Source of the DNA: the human T2T-CHM13v2.0 reference genome, Homo sapiens
Assembly: GCF_009914755.1 (NCBI RefSeq)
Contig: NC_060929.1
Reading direction: 5' to 3' (one strand)
DNA: 64,000 nucleotides
Part shown: positions 16,721 through 31,868 of the stretch, piece by piece
Layout of the letters: every line of letters begins with the position of its first letter
Position numbering within the stretch: the stretch's first letter is position 1
Program-made: the position numbers and the translations under genes
Notes under the pieces: model-generated
Databases searched by the model: none
Told to the model about the DNA's origin: nothing
Seen by the model: the letters and a program-made list of their open reading frames with translations, nothing else

Positions 16721-16876
16721 GAGAGAGAGATTGTGGTTTGATGGCATCCTTTAAACACATGAAGTTCACAGCACTTGCGAAGTCCCTGGACTTTTCAATT
16801 AAGTAAGACAGCAAATTTCTGTCATCCTTTTCCTCTTTTTTATGCCCAAATCTTTTTTAAGCTGGTTTTCTGTCAC
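16345..16876 (+). mobile_element. MaLR LTR (MLT1J/K-like) containing a (GA)n microsatellite at ~16671-16730
   Basis: GTGACCCAGACCTAGCCAGT...GGTTTTCTGTCAC blocks; GA run seen directly. Confidence 0.6.
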
Positions 16877-17652
16877 GTTCTGTCTTTGAACATTGTTTAT
16901 CTTCAAGAAAGTCTCTCCCATGTCCCTTTTTTTTCTTAGCAAACACCTATGCATCATTTAGGATCCTCCCAAACATCACCTCCCTTGTGAGCTTTTCCAT
17001 GTGCCCTTTAGCAGAATTAGAAGTTCCTTTCTCTGGGCTTTCACAGCAGGCTGTAGTACATTCCTACAATAAAACCCTTATTGCATTATATCAAGTTTTT
17101 TCCATACTTGTGTGTTTAGATCCCTGTGTTCGAGTGCTTGTTTGTCTTTGAATTCCCAGTGCCTAGATCAGGGGCTGGCACACAGTTCATGTTTGATGAA
17201 TGAGGGAATGAATGAATACATAACCCAGATCCTCCTGCTATGGCATTAGCCCTCTTTATGGTTGCTCAGAAGAAATAGAAACCAATTTGTTACTCTGCTC
17301 TATGTGGATTAGTCACACTTTAACTAACTACAGTGTGGTGCAATGTATTTACTGAGCTCAGTAAATGCTAAAAACAATTTCAATTTTAATGCTGAATTGT
17401 CAGTGCTTTTATACACTTACCCTCCCTTGCTACCCATCCCTTTTGTACTTACTCTGGAGGTCACTTGATGCAAGAGACTGGGAGTTAACTTCCACTCAGC
17501 TGCCTCTATGAATCTGTAGACCTTTCTCATCTTCATGATGAAGGGGCTGAATTGGATCAGTTGAAACGTCTAAGACCCACAGAGCTATGGCGACCACTCA
17601 GCCCTAGCTTGTTATTGCCATGCAGGAAAACAGGCCTAGTGTTGCCAGATCT

Positions 17653-17656
<4 letters not shown>

Positions 17657-17696
<40 letters not shown>
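17657..17696. repeat. (GT)20 microsatellite
   Basis: Seen directly. Confidence 0.97.
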
Positions 17697-17699
<3 letters not shown>

Positions 17700-18806
17700 T
17701 TTTATAGATCTTGCAATTTTTAAGAGAAACCAGGAGTGTGAATTTTTATATAAAATGCATGCTTTAAAAAATATTGTGTGGGCCTAGGCTGTGAAGAACC
17801 AGGCACTCTCCTACACTGCTTGTAGGAGTGCAAAAGGATAGCTTTACAATTAAAGATGTGTTTATCCCTTAATCCAGCAACTTCCACTTCTAGGAATCTC
17901 TCCTGAAGATTCACCTCCACACTACAGAACAAGCTGCACACAAGATTATTCATTATTATGTTATTTTAATAGCCAGAGATTGAAAACAACTCCAAATGTC
18001 CATCCATAGGAGACTGAACCTGATTCATTCACACTGTGGAGTACTTGCAGCTGAAAAAGAGAATGGGAATGATCTCTATGTATTTATATGAAGTGATCTC
18101 CAGGATCATTTATGTAATAAAAGCAAGATCCAGCCCCATATACAGAGAAGTGTTTTTCAAACGCAAATCCCCCAGCTGAGGATAAGACATTTGCAAAGCC
18201 CACAGCATTGGTTTTTCCCTAGGCAAGCTGTGCAGATGAGGGCATGGGCAGTGTAGCTCCCACTGAGTGTATGTGTGTATATGAACATGCATTCAGTAGG
18301 TGGCAGGAACTTCCTACAGGGACAAGCAGCTCAGAGAGCCATTGGCAAACCCAATGTCCCACTAGGAAAACATCCTAGAGGAATCACGCTAGTATAACTT
18401 TGCAGAAAATGTTGGACCTGGATTCAAGGAGTAGTGGCTTCTAATACCAGATCTTCCCCTAACAGCCAACAGGTCTTTTCTTCTTCCTCCCATCTAATGT
18501 AGTTGTTATTCATGTGCTCATTTCTACAATGCCTTTTCCACCACTAGACTGTGAATCCTGGGTGAACATCTGTTTGCTCACCACCCAATCCCTAACATCT
18601 GTTACAATGCCTGGCTTGTGGTAGGTACTCAATAAATATCTGTTGAATGCATAAATGAGTCAATGAGGTGATGTTCATAAAGAACTTAGCATAGTATCTA
18701 AGCATGGTTAAATCTTCTATTAAAGGTAGTAGTTGTTTACTTAATATTAGGATGATGCTGATTACTAGTTGTTTGACTTTAGACAAATGAAATCCCTGAG
18801 TCTTGG

Positions 18807-19508
<702 letters not shown>

Positions 19509-19637
19509 TTTGGTTTCCTCATTTGTGTTATGGATACAATAATATCTATCTCCAGGTTTTGTTGCTTAATAAGCTAATAATATATACAGATCACACACTG
19601 TAAGGTTTCACACATAAAAAATACTTAATCAGTGGTA

Positions 19638-19860
19638 GAGAGTGATGTCACCAAAATGGTGGAGTAGAAGCAATCTGGCTTTACTCTCTCCCACTGAAAA
19701 TCAAAATCAAATACCCAGCACCTAGATTATCACCAGCAATATCCCAGAACTCAAATGTGAGGATGAGAAATTCCCTGGGGCCACAGAGATGTAAAAAAAC
19801 CCTGAGCAAATGGTAAGAGCAGACTCCTATATCTACAACACACCTCCACCAGTAAGTGGG
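19638..19860 (+). mobile_element. Old L1 (L1M) 5'UTR start fragment
   Basis: GAGAGTGATGTCACCAAAATGGTGGAGTAG resembles the YY1-bearing L1M 5' terminus. Confidence 0.55.
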
Positions 19861-19882
19861 GGCTGTTACTAAGGAAAAATAG

Positions 19883-20175
19883 GGCCAGATGTAATGGCTC
19901 ACACCTGTAATCTCAGCACTTTAGGAGTCTGAGGCAGGTGGATTGCTTGAGCCCAGGAGTTCGAGATGACCTGGACAACAAAGTGAGACCCTGTCTCTAC
20001 AAAAAAATCAAAAAATTTGCTAGGCATGGTGGCGTGCACCTGTAGCCCCAGCTACACAGGCTGAGACAGGGGGATCACTTGAGCCCAGGAGGTCAAGGCT
20101 GCAGTGAACCTTGTTCACACCACTGTACTGTCACTTGTCATCATCCTGGTGACTGAGCAAAAAAAAGAAGAAAGA
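19883..20175 (+). mobile_element. AluJ with degenerate 3' end
   Basis: J diagnostics GCTTGAGCCCAGGAG; approximate TSD AAGGAAAA(A)TAG. Confidence 0.9.
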
Positions 20176-20389
20176 AAGGAAAATAGTATAAAATAAATAA
20201 ACAAAAGAATCAGGCAAATCTCTTAATTGATGTTGAAATGACAGACGCGTTGCCTCAAGAGCCTCTCTCTTGCACCTTTCCCTGTCTTCTAAGATACGGT
20301 AGCTATCCATTCTTCAACAAGTGCTGGTCGAACAGATACTATGTGCTAGGCACCACACCAGCTGCTAAGAGCAGCATTAAAACAATGAG

Positions 20390-20560
20390 TAATCAATGGG
20401 TATGAGTTTCTTCTGTGGTGATAAAAATGTTCTAAAATTGATTATGTTGATGGTTGCACGCAGCTGTGAATATATTAAGACATTGACTTGTACACTTTAA
20501 ATGCGTAAATTAATTGTATGACATGTGAATTATATCTCAATTAAACTGTTAGTTTTTTAA
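20390..20560 (+). mobile_element. L1MB-like 3' end
   Basis: AATGGGTATGAGTTTC...AATGTTCTAAAATTGATT...GTGAATTATATCTCAAT. Confidence 0.8.
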
Positions 20561-22019
20561 AAAAAGAAAGGAACAATAGACCTGAGTCAACCACATTCTA
20601 TCTGTGTGATTTTGGGCAAGTCACCTGACATCTTTGCTTCAGTTTTCTCTTTTGAGAAGTAGGAATAATAAAAGAACTACTTCATGGGGTTTCAATGAGG
20701 ATTAAAAGAGAAGACATCTGTAAGGTGCTAGTTAGCACTTGGTATGTAATAAGAGGTCCATAAATGTTAGCCGACATCATCACCCTCATCTTTATTAGTA
20801 TATAATGCTAAAATAGGAATATACACAGTAGTATGAGAAAAAAAGAGGAAGGAGTTCTTAGTCAAACTGGATGGGAAAGTGAAGAAGTGATGGAAGAGGA
20901 GATGGCATTGAAGCTGAGTAAGAATTCATCAGTACAAGAGGATGTGAAGGGTATTCCTGGAGGAGGAAACAGCATGAGCAAAGGCATGGGGATGAGAAAT
21001 AGCATTATTAAGGTAATGAGCGACTAGCAGTTTTGTATAAAGTGTAAGGCCGGCAACTCGGACTTTACTGTGAGGACAATAAACCTCCAGAGGGAAGCAA
21101 CATGGCAAGTTGGCATCCCAGAATGGTCACTCCAGTGGAGAGGATGAATGTTAGGGAATGCAGGACAGAAATGGCAGAGGAGTTAGGAGTGAGAGATACA
21201 ACAATTCAAGCGAGAGATGGTAATGGCTACAACTTGGACTTTGAGTCAAGAGTATCAAGTATCAAGGCCAGGGCTCCTTTGGTCGTAAGTGACAGAGTCA
21301 CTCATAACTTCAGGGAAGGCGTAAACTCCAAGGCAGGGGCTTCAGTCTAGTCAGGCATCCCAGAAACCAGAACTGGAACTGGAAAACCAGGAGGCAAGGT
21401 GATTCTCTTTCAGTTTTCTCTCTCAGCATCCCTGCCTCCCATACTTGGGCTGCACTGGCTTCTTTTGACTGAAGCACTTCCTCTGTTACTCCTGGTTTCT
21501 GCCTTCCCATATCTTCTCCTTCAGTGTGGCCCAAGAGTAATCTCCACCCTTGTGCTACCTGAACTGCCACCTTCAGAGGCCACCACCAGCTGCCTTCTTC
21601 CCTCTGTGTCACTGGATTCCAATTTCTGAGATAGAATCTGAATGGCTCAGCTCATCCTTTTGAACTTGCCTTAGGACAGTTCAGGAAAGTCATAGGTCAA
21701 GGACCAGCCCAGAAATGAGGGTGGAGGCTGTCTACAAAGTAGAAAACGGAGTCATTATAAGTAGCAGGTTTCTGCTCAAGGATTCATCTTACAGGCACCT
21801 GAAATATGTCTCATATAATAGGCCTAGAGGGGAAGGGATACATTTAAAATTTATTAGGCAATAAAACCAGCATTATTAGGTAATTGTTTGAATGTGGGAG
21901 GGGAGTTGACCCGGAGGCATGGATGACATCAGGGGTTGGCTTGGGTAACTGGTTGATCTCTCAGCTCCACTTTCCCCTGTGTTGGGACTGTTTTCAGGTT
22001 CTCAAGAAGCTTTTCCCTT

Positions 22020-22520
22020 GATTGAGTTAGGGTCTGCAGGAAACGAATGGCACTCTCACACTGGAACATTGGAAGAGAGTTTAATAGGAGGAAAATGGGG
22101 CAGGGTATAGTGTAACCATGAGGGACGGGGCAGTACCATGGGGCCAGAAACAGCGTGTGATATGTCCAGCCCTAGCCCTGAAGGGTGAGGAAAGGGGCAG
22201 TTATTGGAATCTAGAAAGGGAGGACTGTTTCAAGAAGCCTGCGCGATGGGAGCCATGGACTTTTGTGGAGGACACAGACAGCCTGCGGCAAAGTTGCAGC
22301 AAGGGAATGGCGGGGGAAAGAAATGCTCTGACCTGGCTCTTCTCCCTCCCTCTGAAATCCTGCCCTGGCTCCTCAAGGGCTAAACCCAACAGGAAAACAT
22401 AGAGCAAGGAAGCCCACTGATGTAGTCTACACCGCCTCCCTGGGGTGGGGAGAAGGTGCGGAGGAGCCGAGTCAAGAGGTCCAATACACGCCTCACGGTG
22501 GGGCTCACATCCAGCTCGCA
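22020..22520. mobile_element. ERVL-class LTR (LTR33/41-like)
   Basis: GTTAGGGTCTGCAGGAAACGAATGGCACTCTC...GAGAGTTTAATA terminus pattern. Confidence 0.45.
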
Positions 22521-22855
22521 ACAATCCGCTGGAAGAAGCCACTACTTTCTTGATAGCCTCTATACAAAAGCCACGGAATTGAACCTCGATTGTTCAGATT
22601 CCGTCCCTGGACCAATCACTGCAGCTGAAGGGGGTTACTGCTCTGATTGGCTAAGTTCTGAGATGCAGAAGGGTGAATCTTCAAAGAAAATCAGGGTGTT
22701 GTTAACTATCCAGATAAAAAGAACACTACTGCACATAATGGGGCTCCTTGAGAACTTTTGAGAGGAGTTTATCAATCCTGCTGGAGAGATGGGTGGGGGT
22801 GGGGGAAGAGACCAGAGTGCATCCGTGAAGAGGTGAACCCAGTCATAAGAGATAG

Positions 22856-23204
<349 letters not shown>

Positions 23205-23250
23205 TAGACCTAGAAGCGACTTCTCTGGACCCACTGAAGTTTGCTGGAAG

Positions 23251-23264
23251 GTGCCACCTAGTGG
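23251..23264 (-). promoter_or_regulatory. CTCF core motif CCACTAGGTGGCAC
   Basis: Exact match to CCASYAGRKGGCRS; binding not shown. Confidence 0.6.
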
Positions 23265-23337
23265 AACAATAGAGGACCTACCGCTTGGACAAAAAGAAAC
23301 CTTAGCAGGATTTTAGAGCCCTGAGAGCCATGTTGGA

Positions 23338-23500
23338 GCAGTGGTTCTCTCAAACTTGGCTACAAATTGGAATCATGTAGGGATGGCTGAGTCTGACTCC
23401 CAGAGATTCTGACTTAATTGGTCTGGGATGCAGGTTAAGCATCCAGAGCTTTTAATGGTCCACAGGTGATTCTAATGTGTAGCTAAGGTTCAGACTACCG
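23338..23500. mobile_element. MER5B-like hAT element
   Basis: CAGTGGTTCTC...AGAGATTCTGACTTAATTGGTCTGG...CAGGTGATTCTAATGTG. Confidence 0.75.
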
Positions 23501-24031
23501 GGTTATAGAGTATCCAATCCTCTTACTTTACAGAGGTGCCCACAGACTGCAGCCGTTCTTCCAAGAGTCTCAAACTCCTAGGAAGCCCCCTTTGGTCCTG
23601 TGCCCCACCACCTCTCTGTGTTTTGTATACCTTTTTTTTCTTTTGTACAAAAATGAAAAGTAATTAAACAGAAAGCACTCTCGTTTACCAAGCCCTGATA
23701 CTTTCATGGCAGTGCCAGGAGGAGGATGGCTCCCTATACACCTGATATTTGTATCTGACCCTACTGGCTAATGCTCTGTTTGAGATGGGTCCACCCAATG
23801 ACATAGTATATTTATTCTTTGTTTGAGATTTGTGGCCTTCTCTGTTTGCTCTTTCAAAGTGTATCCTACTTGAGGTACTTTTGATATCTACTGTCTTGAT
23901 TCAGTGGTGTTCCTTTATAGTTGACAGGATTGATTTAATTGGCATCTCATTGTGGAAATGACAAAGTAGGGTCTGGGAGAAAAAGAGAAAGGGAGACAGG
24001 CAGTTCCCATCTAGAGGTCATTTCAAATAGG

Positions 24032-24679
24032 TGTTGGGGCTCAGAAAAGGACACCCCAAAATATGGCACTTTTGCATGCTGACTCCTTTGAACTAAGGAG
24101 ACTGACAGCCCTCAGAAATAAGCTTCAGAAGTAGAGGAATTAATGTCTTAGACTCCTTCTCTGAAATCTATGTTAACCAGAGAGGAGGAGCTCCTTCTGC
24201 AGGAGAGGAAACTAAAAGTCTCCAAGCCCAGATACCACACACAGACAGACTTTTCACCTGTTCTTTCAACTACTCTTCTGAGGGTTGTTACCTGAGAGAC
24301 TTTATCTGCATAATAAGACAACCTTTGTTCACAGTGCAATTCTGCCCCCCGCCTTTTCATAACTTGTCACCACCTCTGAGGAACTTTGTCCCAGGTTATT
24401 GTCTGTTCTCCAGGCTCATTCATCTCCCTTAAAAATCATTTACTCTTCTTCTAAAATTGCCTACATCCCCCACTTTATTCTTTCTTATGATGAGGGTATT
24501 TAAGCTTCAACCATCTGGCCCTTCTTTGAGTTTCATATTTTGTGTGGCTCCCATGCAAATGGCACATTAATAAATGTGTAGGTCTTTTCTCCTGTTAGTT
24601 TGTCTATTACCAGTTTATTTTGGAGACTTAAAGACTCAAACTTTCAGAAGGGGAGGGAGAAATTCCCTTCACCCCTACA
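24032..24679 (+). mobile_element. Complete solo ERV1 LTR (MER39-like)
   Basis: TGTTGGGGCTCAGAAA...CCCCTACA; 4-bp TSD TAGG on both sides; internal AATAAA. Confidence 0.85.
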
Positions 24680-25317
24680 TAGGCATCCTGCAAACCCTTT
24701 CTTTGCATTCAAAATAGGAGTTGAAGTGCCACTAGATGCAGAAACTGGATTGAATCCCAAGTGGTGTTCCATGTCTGCCCCCACTTTTCCCATCCTACCT
24801 TGCAGGATTTAGTCACAGAATTTTGAAATTAAAAAAGACCTTAAAGAGCATCCGGTTCAACTGCTTTATTTAATACAACCATGTTCTGTGTTTATCTAGA
24901 CATCTCTCCTTCCTGCTGCCATTACACTCACAAACCCACACATGATAAACCTGAAGCTCAGAGAATTTGAGTGACCTGTCTGAGATCACACAGGAAGCTA
25001 GAAGCAAAGTCTAGGCTGATTGAGGCTGACCAGGTACAGGTGGGGAAATTTCAGCTCCAGGAATTTTTTTCTCTTCCTCTGTATTATAAGTTTGAGCCTT
25101 GTTAAATGACCAACCTGGCGCAGATAGAAATTTGGGTCATTGAGACTAGTGTTAATGAGTTTTCTGAATACAGATTTTAAAGAGGTGGGTGTAGGATTAT
25201 TAATTAATTGACTGATCGATTCATTTATTTCTCAGATGTTTGTTGAGCGCCTATTTTGGGGTAGGTACTGTGCTAGGTATTGGGGATATGCCAGGGAATG
25301 AAAACACACATGGCAAG

Positions 25318-25429
25318 TGTGAAAGGAAAACAGACTTTGGGACCCCAAAACCACAAAGCCAAAGGGAAAAGTCAAGCTGGGAACTGCTTAGGGAAAACCT
25401 GCCTCCCATTCTACTCCCACACAGATAGC
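25318..25429 (+). mobile_element. MER4-family LTR 5' end
   Basis: TGTGAAAGGAAAA...GGGAAAAGTCAAGCTGGGAACTG. Confidence 0.8.
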
Positions 25430-25449
25430 ATTTCCCTGATGAAATATGA

Positions 25450-25751
<302 letters not shown>

Positions 25752-25784
25752 TGATGTGGAGTATCTTTTTAATGTGCTTGCTTG

Positions 25785-25897
25785 TATAAACCAAAAAGTA
25801 TCTGAGACAAGTCTCAATCAATTTAGGAAGTTTATTTTGCTAAGGTTAGGGACGTGCCTGTGACACAGCCTCATGAAGTCCTAACATGTGGCCAAGG
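25785..25897 (-). mobile_element. MER4-family LTR 3' end (inverted relative to its 5' end)
   Basis: AAACCAAAAAGTATCTGAGACAAGTCTCAATCAATTTAGGAAGTTTATTTTGC is the reverse complement of a MER4 3' terminus. Confidence 0.75.
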
Positions 25898-27240
25898 GAA
25901 ATGCAAATTAAAACAGTGAGATACCTCTACACACCTGTTAGAATGGCCAAAACCCATAACACTAACAGCACCAAGAGCTGGCAAGGATGTGGAACAATGG
26001 AAACTGTCATTCATTGCTGGTGGGAATGAAAAACGGTATAGTCACTTTAGAAGCCAGTTTTCCAGTTTCTTGAAAAACTAGAAAAACCCTTACCATATGA
26101 TCCAGTAATTGAATTCCTTAGTATTTACCCAAAGGAATCAAAAATTTATGTCTACACAAAAACCTGCACATTGATGTTTGTAGCACCTTTATTCATAATT
26201 ACCAAAACTTGGAAGAACCAATATGTCCTTCAGTAGGTGAACGGACAAACTGTGTTACATCCAGGCAATGGAATATTATTCAGCACTAAAAAGAAATGAG
26301 CTATCAAGCCACAAAAGGACACACGGAAGGACCTTGAATGCATATTGCTAAGTGAGAGAGGCCAATCTGAAAAGGCTACTCCATACTGTGTAATTCCAAC
26401 TATATGACGTTCTAGAAAAGGCAAAACCATGCAGACAGTAAAAAGATCAGTGGTTGCTGGGTTAGGGTAGGAAGGATGAATAAATGGACACAGAGGATTT
26501 TTAGGGCAGTAAAACTGAGGCAGGAGAATAAGGCCTGGAGGCAGGGAACCTAAGGACTTCGTAGAACTAAATCAAACTGAAAAAGCCCAACTTTCTAAGA
26601 CCAAGTAAATAACTTTGTAACTCTACTTCTGCTATGACAGGAAACATCCTCTTCATTTGCATAGGATGTACACCAAGTAAATAACTTCGTAACTTCACTT
26701 CAGCTTCTTCATTTACATAGGGTATACACCAAGTAACCAATGGGAAACCTCTAAAGGGTATTTAAACCCCAGAAAACTCTGTAACCAAGCCCTTGAGCTG
26801 CTTGTTCGGGCCCCCTCCCACCCTGTGGAGTGTGCTTTTGTTTTAAACAAATCTGTTTTCTTGCTTCATTCTTTCTTTGCTTTGTGCGTTTTGTCCAATT
26901 CTTTGTTCAAAACACCAAAAACCTGGATACCGTCCACCAGTAACAAAACTACTCCGTATGATACTATAATAGTGGATATGTCATTATACATTTGTCCAAA
27001 CCCATAGGAGGTATAATACCAAGAGTGTATCCTAATGTAAACTATGGATTTTGAGTGACAATGATAATGTTAATGCAAGTTCATCAATTGTAATACATAT
27101 AATACTCTGGTGGGGGATGCTGATAATTCAGGAAGCTATGCATGTGTTGGGACTGGAGTATACAGGAAATCTCTGTACCTTCTACTTAATTTGGCAATGA
27201 ATCTAAAACTGCTCTAAAAAGTAAAGCCTACTAAAAACAA
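25895..27240 (+). mobile_element. L1MC/MD-like 3' portion, interrupted by an LTR
   Basis: AGGGAAATGCAAATTAAAAC...CATTGCTGGTGGGAATG...AAATCTCTGTACCTTC...A-rich tail. Confidence 0.85.
26516..26945 (+). mobile_element. Complete solo ERV1 LTR (MER51-like)
   Basis: TGAGGCAGGAGAATA...CCAGTAACA; 4-bp TSD AAAC; L1 sequence is contiguous across it. Confidence 0.85.
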
Positions 27241-28044
27241 ACAATACCAAAACCAAACACGGTCTGTCTCTGTCCTCATGGGACTTACAGTCCAGTGCGG
27301 GAGACAGATATCAAACAATGACCCAGCAACTGTAAACATTGTGACTGTTAAGGAAAGGCATTGCTAAGAGGTTCCATAGCTGGGGAGCTTACTCTGTTTA
27401 GGGAGGTTGGTCAGGCTTCTCTGAGAATGTATCATTTGAGCTTGATGATGCCCAAGGAAAGAAGAAGCAAGAAGGCTTTAAATTTGCAGGAGACACAGAA
27501 GTCCAACACTTATAGCATTCTGGGTTTTGCTTGCAGTCAAGCAGACCTCTCTCATATCAACCTGGAAATTATATCATTATAGAGTCATAATTATTCTCAT
27601 TTTTCAGATGAGGAAATTGAGTAGCTAAGGGACTTGGCCAAGGTGAAAGAGAGTTAGACTGACATGCAGACCTGTTGGTCTGCAGATCTCTTGACTTGCT
27701 GACCCATTCTACTTTTACATCTTCTCAGCTCAGGGCTGGTCCAGACGAGCCTGAGGGTATAGTTCTTGACAAATGGGGTCAGTAACAAGGGACCCTAAAA
27801 AAGCCAAGGTGAGGACATCGAGTAGGAACGCTTTTCATATCCTCATCAGGGAGATTGAAGGCCTGCGCCTGTCACCTCTCCTCTGGTTGACCCTTCTTGC
27901 TGAAGTATATTCTGGGGGGATACTGAAAGACCTGTTGTTACTGATGACAAGATAAGAAACCGAAGAGTGAGCAAGAGAATACGCAGCTCATTTAAAAAAC
28001 AAAACAAAAAAAGTAAAGATGGGAATATGGGGAAAGAGAGGAGC

Positions 28045-28545
28045 TTCTCATTCATCAAATGTATGTTTTAAGCCCTTTCTGCGTGTCAGGCACAAATGTT
28101 CCAGGATGGAGGAATATAGCAGGCAATGAGCAGACAGGGCCCTTGCCCCATGCAGCTGATATTCTATTTGGGAAAGCCCAATAATAAACAAGTAAATAAA
28201 CACATAAATGAGACTATGGCAAAGAGGGATATGTATGCACTGTGAAGGAAACATGGCAGGATGTAAAGTATGGGAGAGAGTGCCTGGGTAGTTAAGGAAG
28301 GTCTCTGTAAAGAGGTGATATGTAGTCTGGGACCTGAAGGATGAAAGGGAGCTAACAGTGGAGGAAGATCTGGGGAAACAGCTGGCAGAGACAAGAGCTA
28401 ATGCAAAGGCCTTGGGGCTGGCATGGGCAGAGGGCCTTCAAGGACCAGGAAGAAGGAGAGTGTGGCTGCTTTGGAGCGAATGAGGAGAGTAACAGGAGAT
28501 GAGAGCAGAGAGGCACAGGCCAGAGCAGAAGGTTTTGCCTGACAG
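28045..28545 (-). mobile_element. L2
   Basis: CATTCATCAAATGTATG...AGGAAGGTCTCTG...ATGCAAAGGCCTTGGG. Confidence 0.7.
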
Positions 28546-29292
28546 CTGAAATTCTGTTCATCCCTCTCAACGCTCCTGTGTTGTTGAGCTTTTATTTCAC
28601 CCAGCTACTAGTGCTTACATTCGACCAGGGTCTGCACGGTAAGCCCTTTATGCACATTATCTTATTTAACGCCCACAATAGGCCTAGAGGGCTCAGTCTG
28701 AAAGTAACATTTTTTGTTCAATTTCAGTCAATGACCAGATCAGTTCTCCCAGGAAACCAGCCAGAGCTAACAGACTGCCCATGTCTCAAATGGTATTGTC
28801 TCAGCGAGCGGAATAAAGCCCCAGAAGCCCACCCCCTGCCTGGCGCATCCCATATTGTACAAAGTGATCAAAGAGTCCCTGGATTAAAGCTGGGTTCTTG
28901 GGCTAGAGTCCTCATTGGGGCCAGACTGGGCTGGCATGCAGCTTTGATCAACAAGTGACATGAGAAAAAGCTCAAATCCAATTTTGTGCAGAATCTTCTA
29001 AGGAGCTAGAAGAGGGGATGGGAAGGAGAGAGATGCTGAGTATCTTCCCTCCTGTACTTGATCTTCACTGCTATACAGTACTTCACTCAACAGGGGCTTA
29101 TTGAACACCTACTGTGTGCCAGACCCAGGAAAGGCCACAGCTTAGTTTGTGTGGCTGGGTGGGAATATGAGTTGAAATCCACACACCTTGGCTCTGTTCT
29201 GGCTGCTTTAGCACAAGGAGAGGGGGGATCCTTTCTGTAAGTTCTTCTGCCTGGAAGGAGCACCAGTTTTCTGATTCACAATGAAGGGAAAT

Positions 29293-29636
29293 ACAATTGT
29301 GCATGGCTTAGTGATGGGGATACGTTCTGTGAAATGTGTCAATAGGTGATTTCTCATAGAGAACATCATAAAGCATACTTGCACAAACTTTGATAGGATA
29401 GCCTAATACACATCTAGGCGACACGGTATAGCCTATTGCTCCTAGGTTACCAACCTGTACAGCATGTTTCTGTACTGAATACTGTAGGCAATTGTAACAC
29501 AATGGTATTTGTGTATTTCAGCATATCTAAACATAGAAAAGGTATAGTAAAAATAGAGTATTATAGTCTTATGGGAACACCATTGGTATATACAGTTCAT
29601 TGTTGACTGAAATGTTGTTGAACAGTACGTGACTTT
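29293..29636 (-). mobile_element. Tigger3a-like DNA transposon relic
   Basis: GGGGATACGTTCTG...GGTATAGCCTATTGCTCCTAGG...CTTATGGGA...GTTGACTGAAATGTTG. Confidence 0.8.
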
Positions 29637-30079
29637 ATGTGCTGACAGAGGCACGGAACACCATAGAAGGCAAATACAAAGTTCCTGTCTGTTTGGAACT
29701 CACATTCTAGACAGGGAGACCAAAAATGATACCTGCTTTGGAGAAAAATCAAGCAAATGGAGATGGTGGTGGTGCTAGTTGACATCTTAGATCAGCTGGT
29801 CAGGGAAGCTCTCTCTGAGGCAGGACCCCTGATCTGGTTCCTGAGAGAAGGCGGAGAGAGAACCATGCAGAGGGGTAGAGGAAGAGATTTCTAGACAAGG
29901 GCACAGTAAATTTGCAAAGGCCCTGAGGGAATCATCAATTTGGTATACATTTGAGGAACATAGCAAGACCAGTGTAACTAGAAGAGAAGGAAAGAAGGCA
30001 AAAATTAGAAGTTGGGTCAAATAATGTAAGGCCTTATGGGCTGTGGTAAGGATTCTCATAGATTGTAGGTTGTTTTCTG

Positions 30080-30235
30080 TTTATTTGTTTTGAGAGACTT
30101 GGTCTTGCTTTGTTACCCAGGCTGGAGTGCAATTCTGTGATCATAGATCACTGCAGCCTGAACTCCTGGGCTCAATCCTCTCACCTCAGCCTCCAGAGTA
30201 GACAGGACTACAGACACATGCCACCATGCCTGGCT
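30080..30235 (-). mobile_element. FRAM / AluJ right monomer
   Basis: J-type right arm only; TCATAGA on both flanks. Confidence 0.8.
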
Positions 30236-30434
30236 TCATAGACATATTCTAACATGAAGAGAAGCCATAGGCAAGTCCCAGCAGCAGAGTTAGCCTTGTG
30301 TGTGTAAAAAGAACATTCTAGCTGCTCTGTTACCAGCACTGTGCTCAGTGCTATAGTGGCACCTAAAAGTTTTTTGCAACATTATTTAATTACATAAATA
30401 CTGTGTATCCACTGCAGTATAGAAGACATAGGGC

Positions 30435-31255
<821 letters not shown>

Positions 31256-31557
31256 AGACATAGAGTTAGGAGCTAGAAATAGAAAAATGGCCATTCTAGG
31301 CAGAGGTAACAACAGGTGCAAAGGTACTGAGGCAGGACTGTGCCTGCCTGAGGGATGCTCTGAGGAACAACAAGGAAGCCAATGTCACTGGGGCACAATA
31401 AGGACAGTAAGGAGTGAGAGCTGATCACATATGGGCTTGTAGGGTCCTGTACTTTCTTAGGAACCTAATGAGAGGTGGGAAGCCACTACAGGGATTTGAG
31501 CAGAGGGGCGATACAATCTAACCTTGGATAAAACAAGATCATTCTGGCTGCCACATT

Positions 31558-31868
<311 letters not shown>

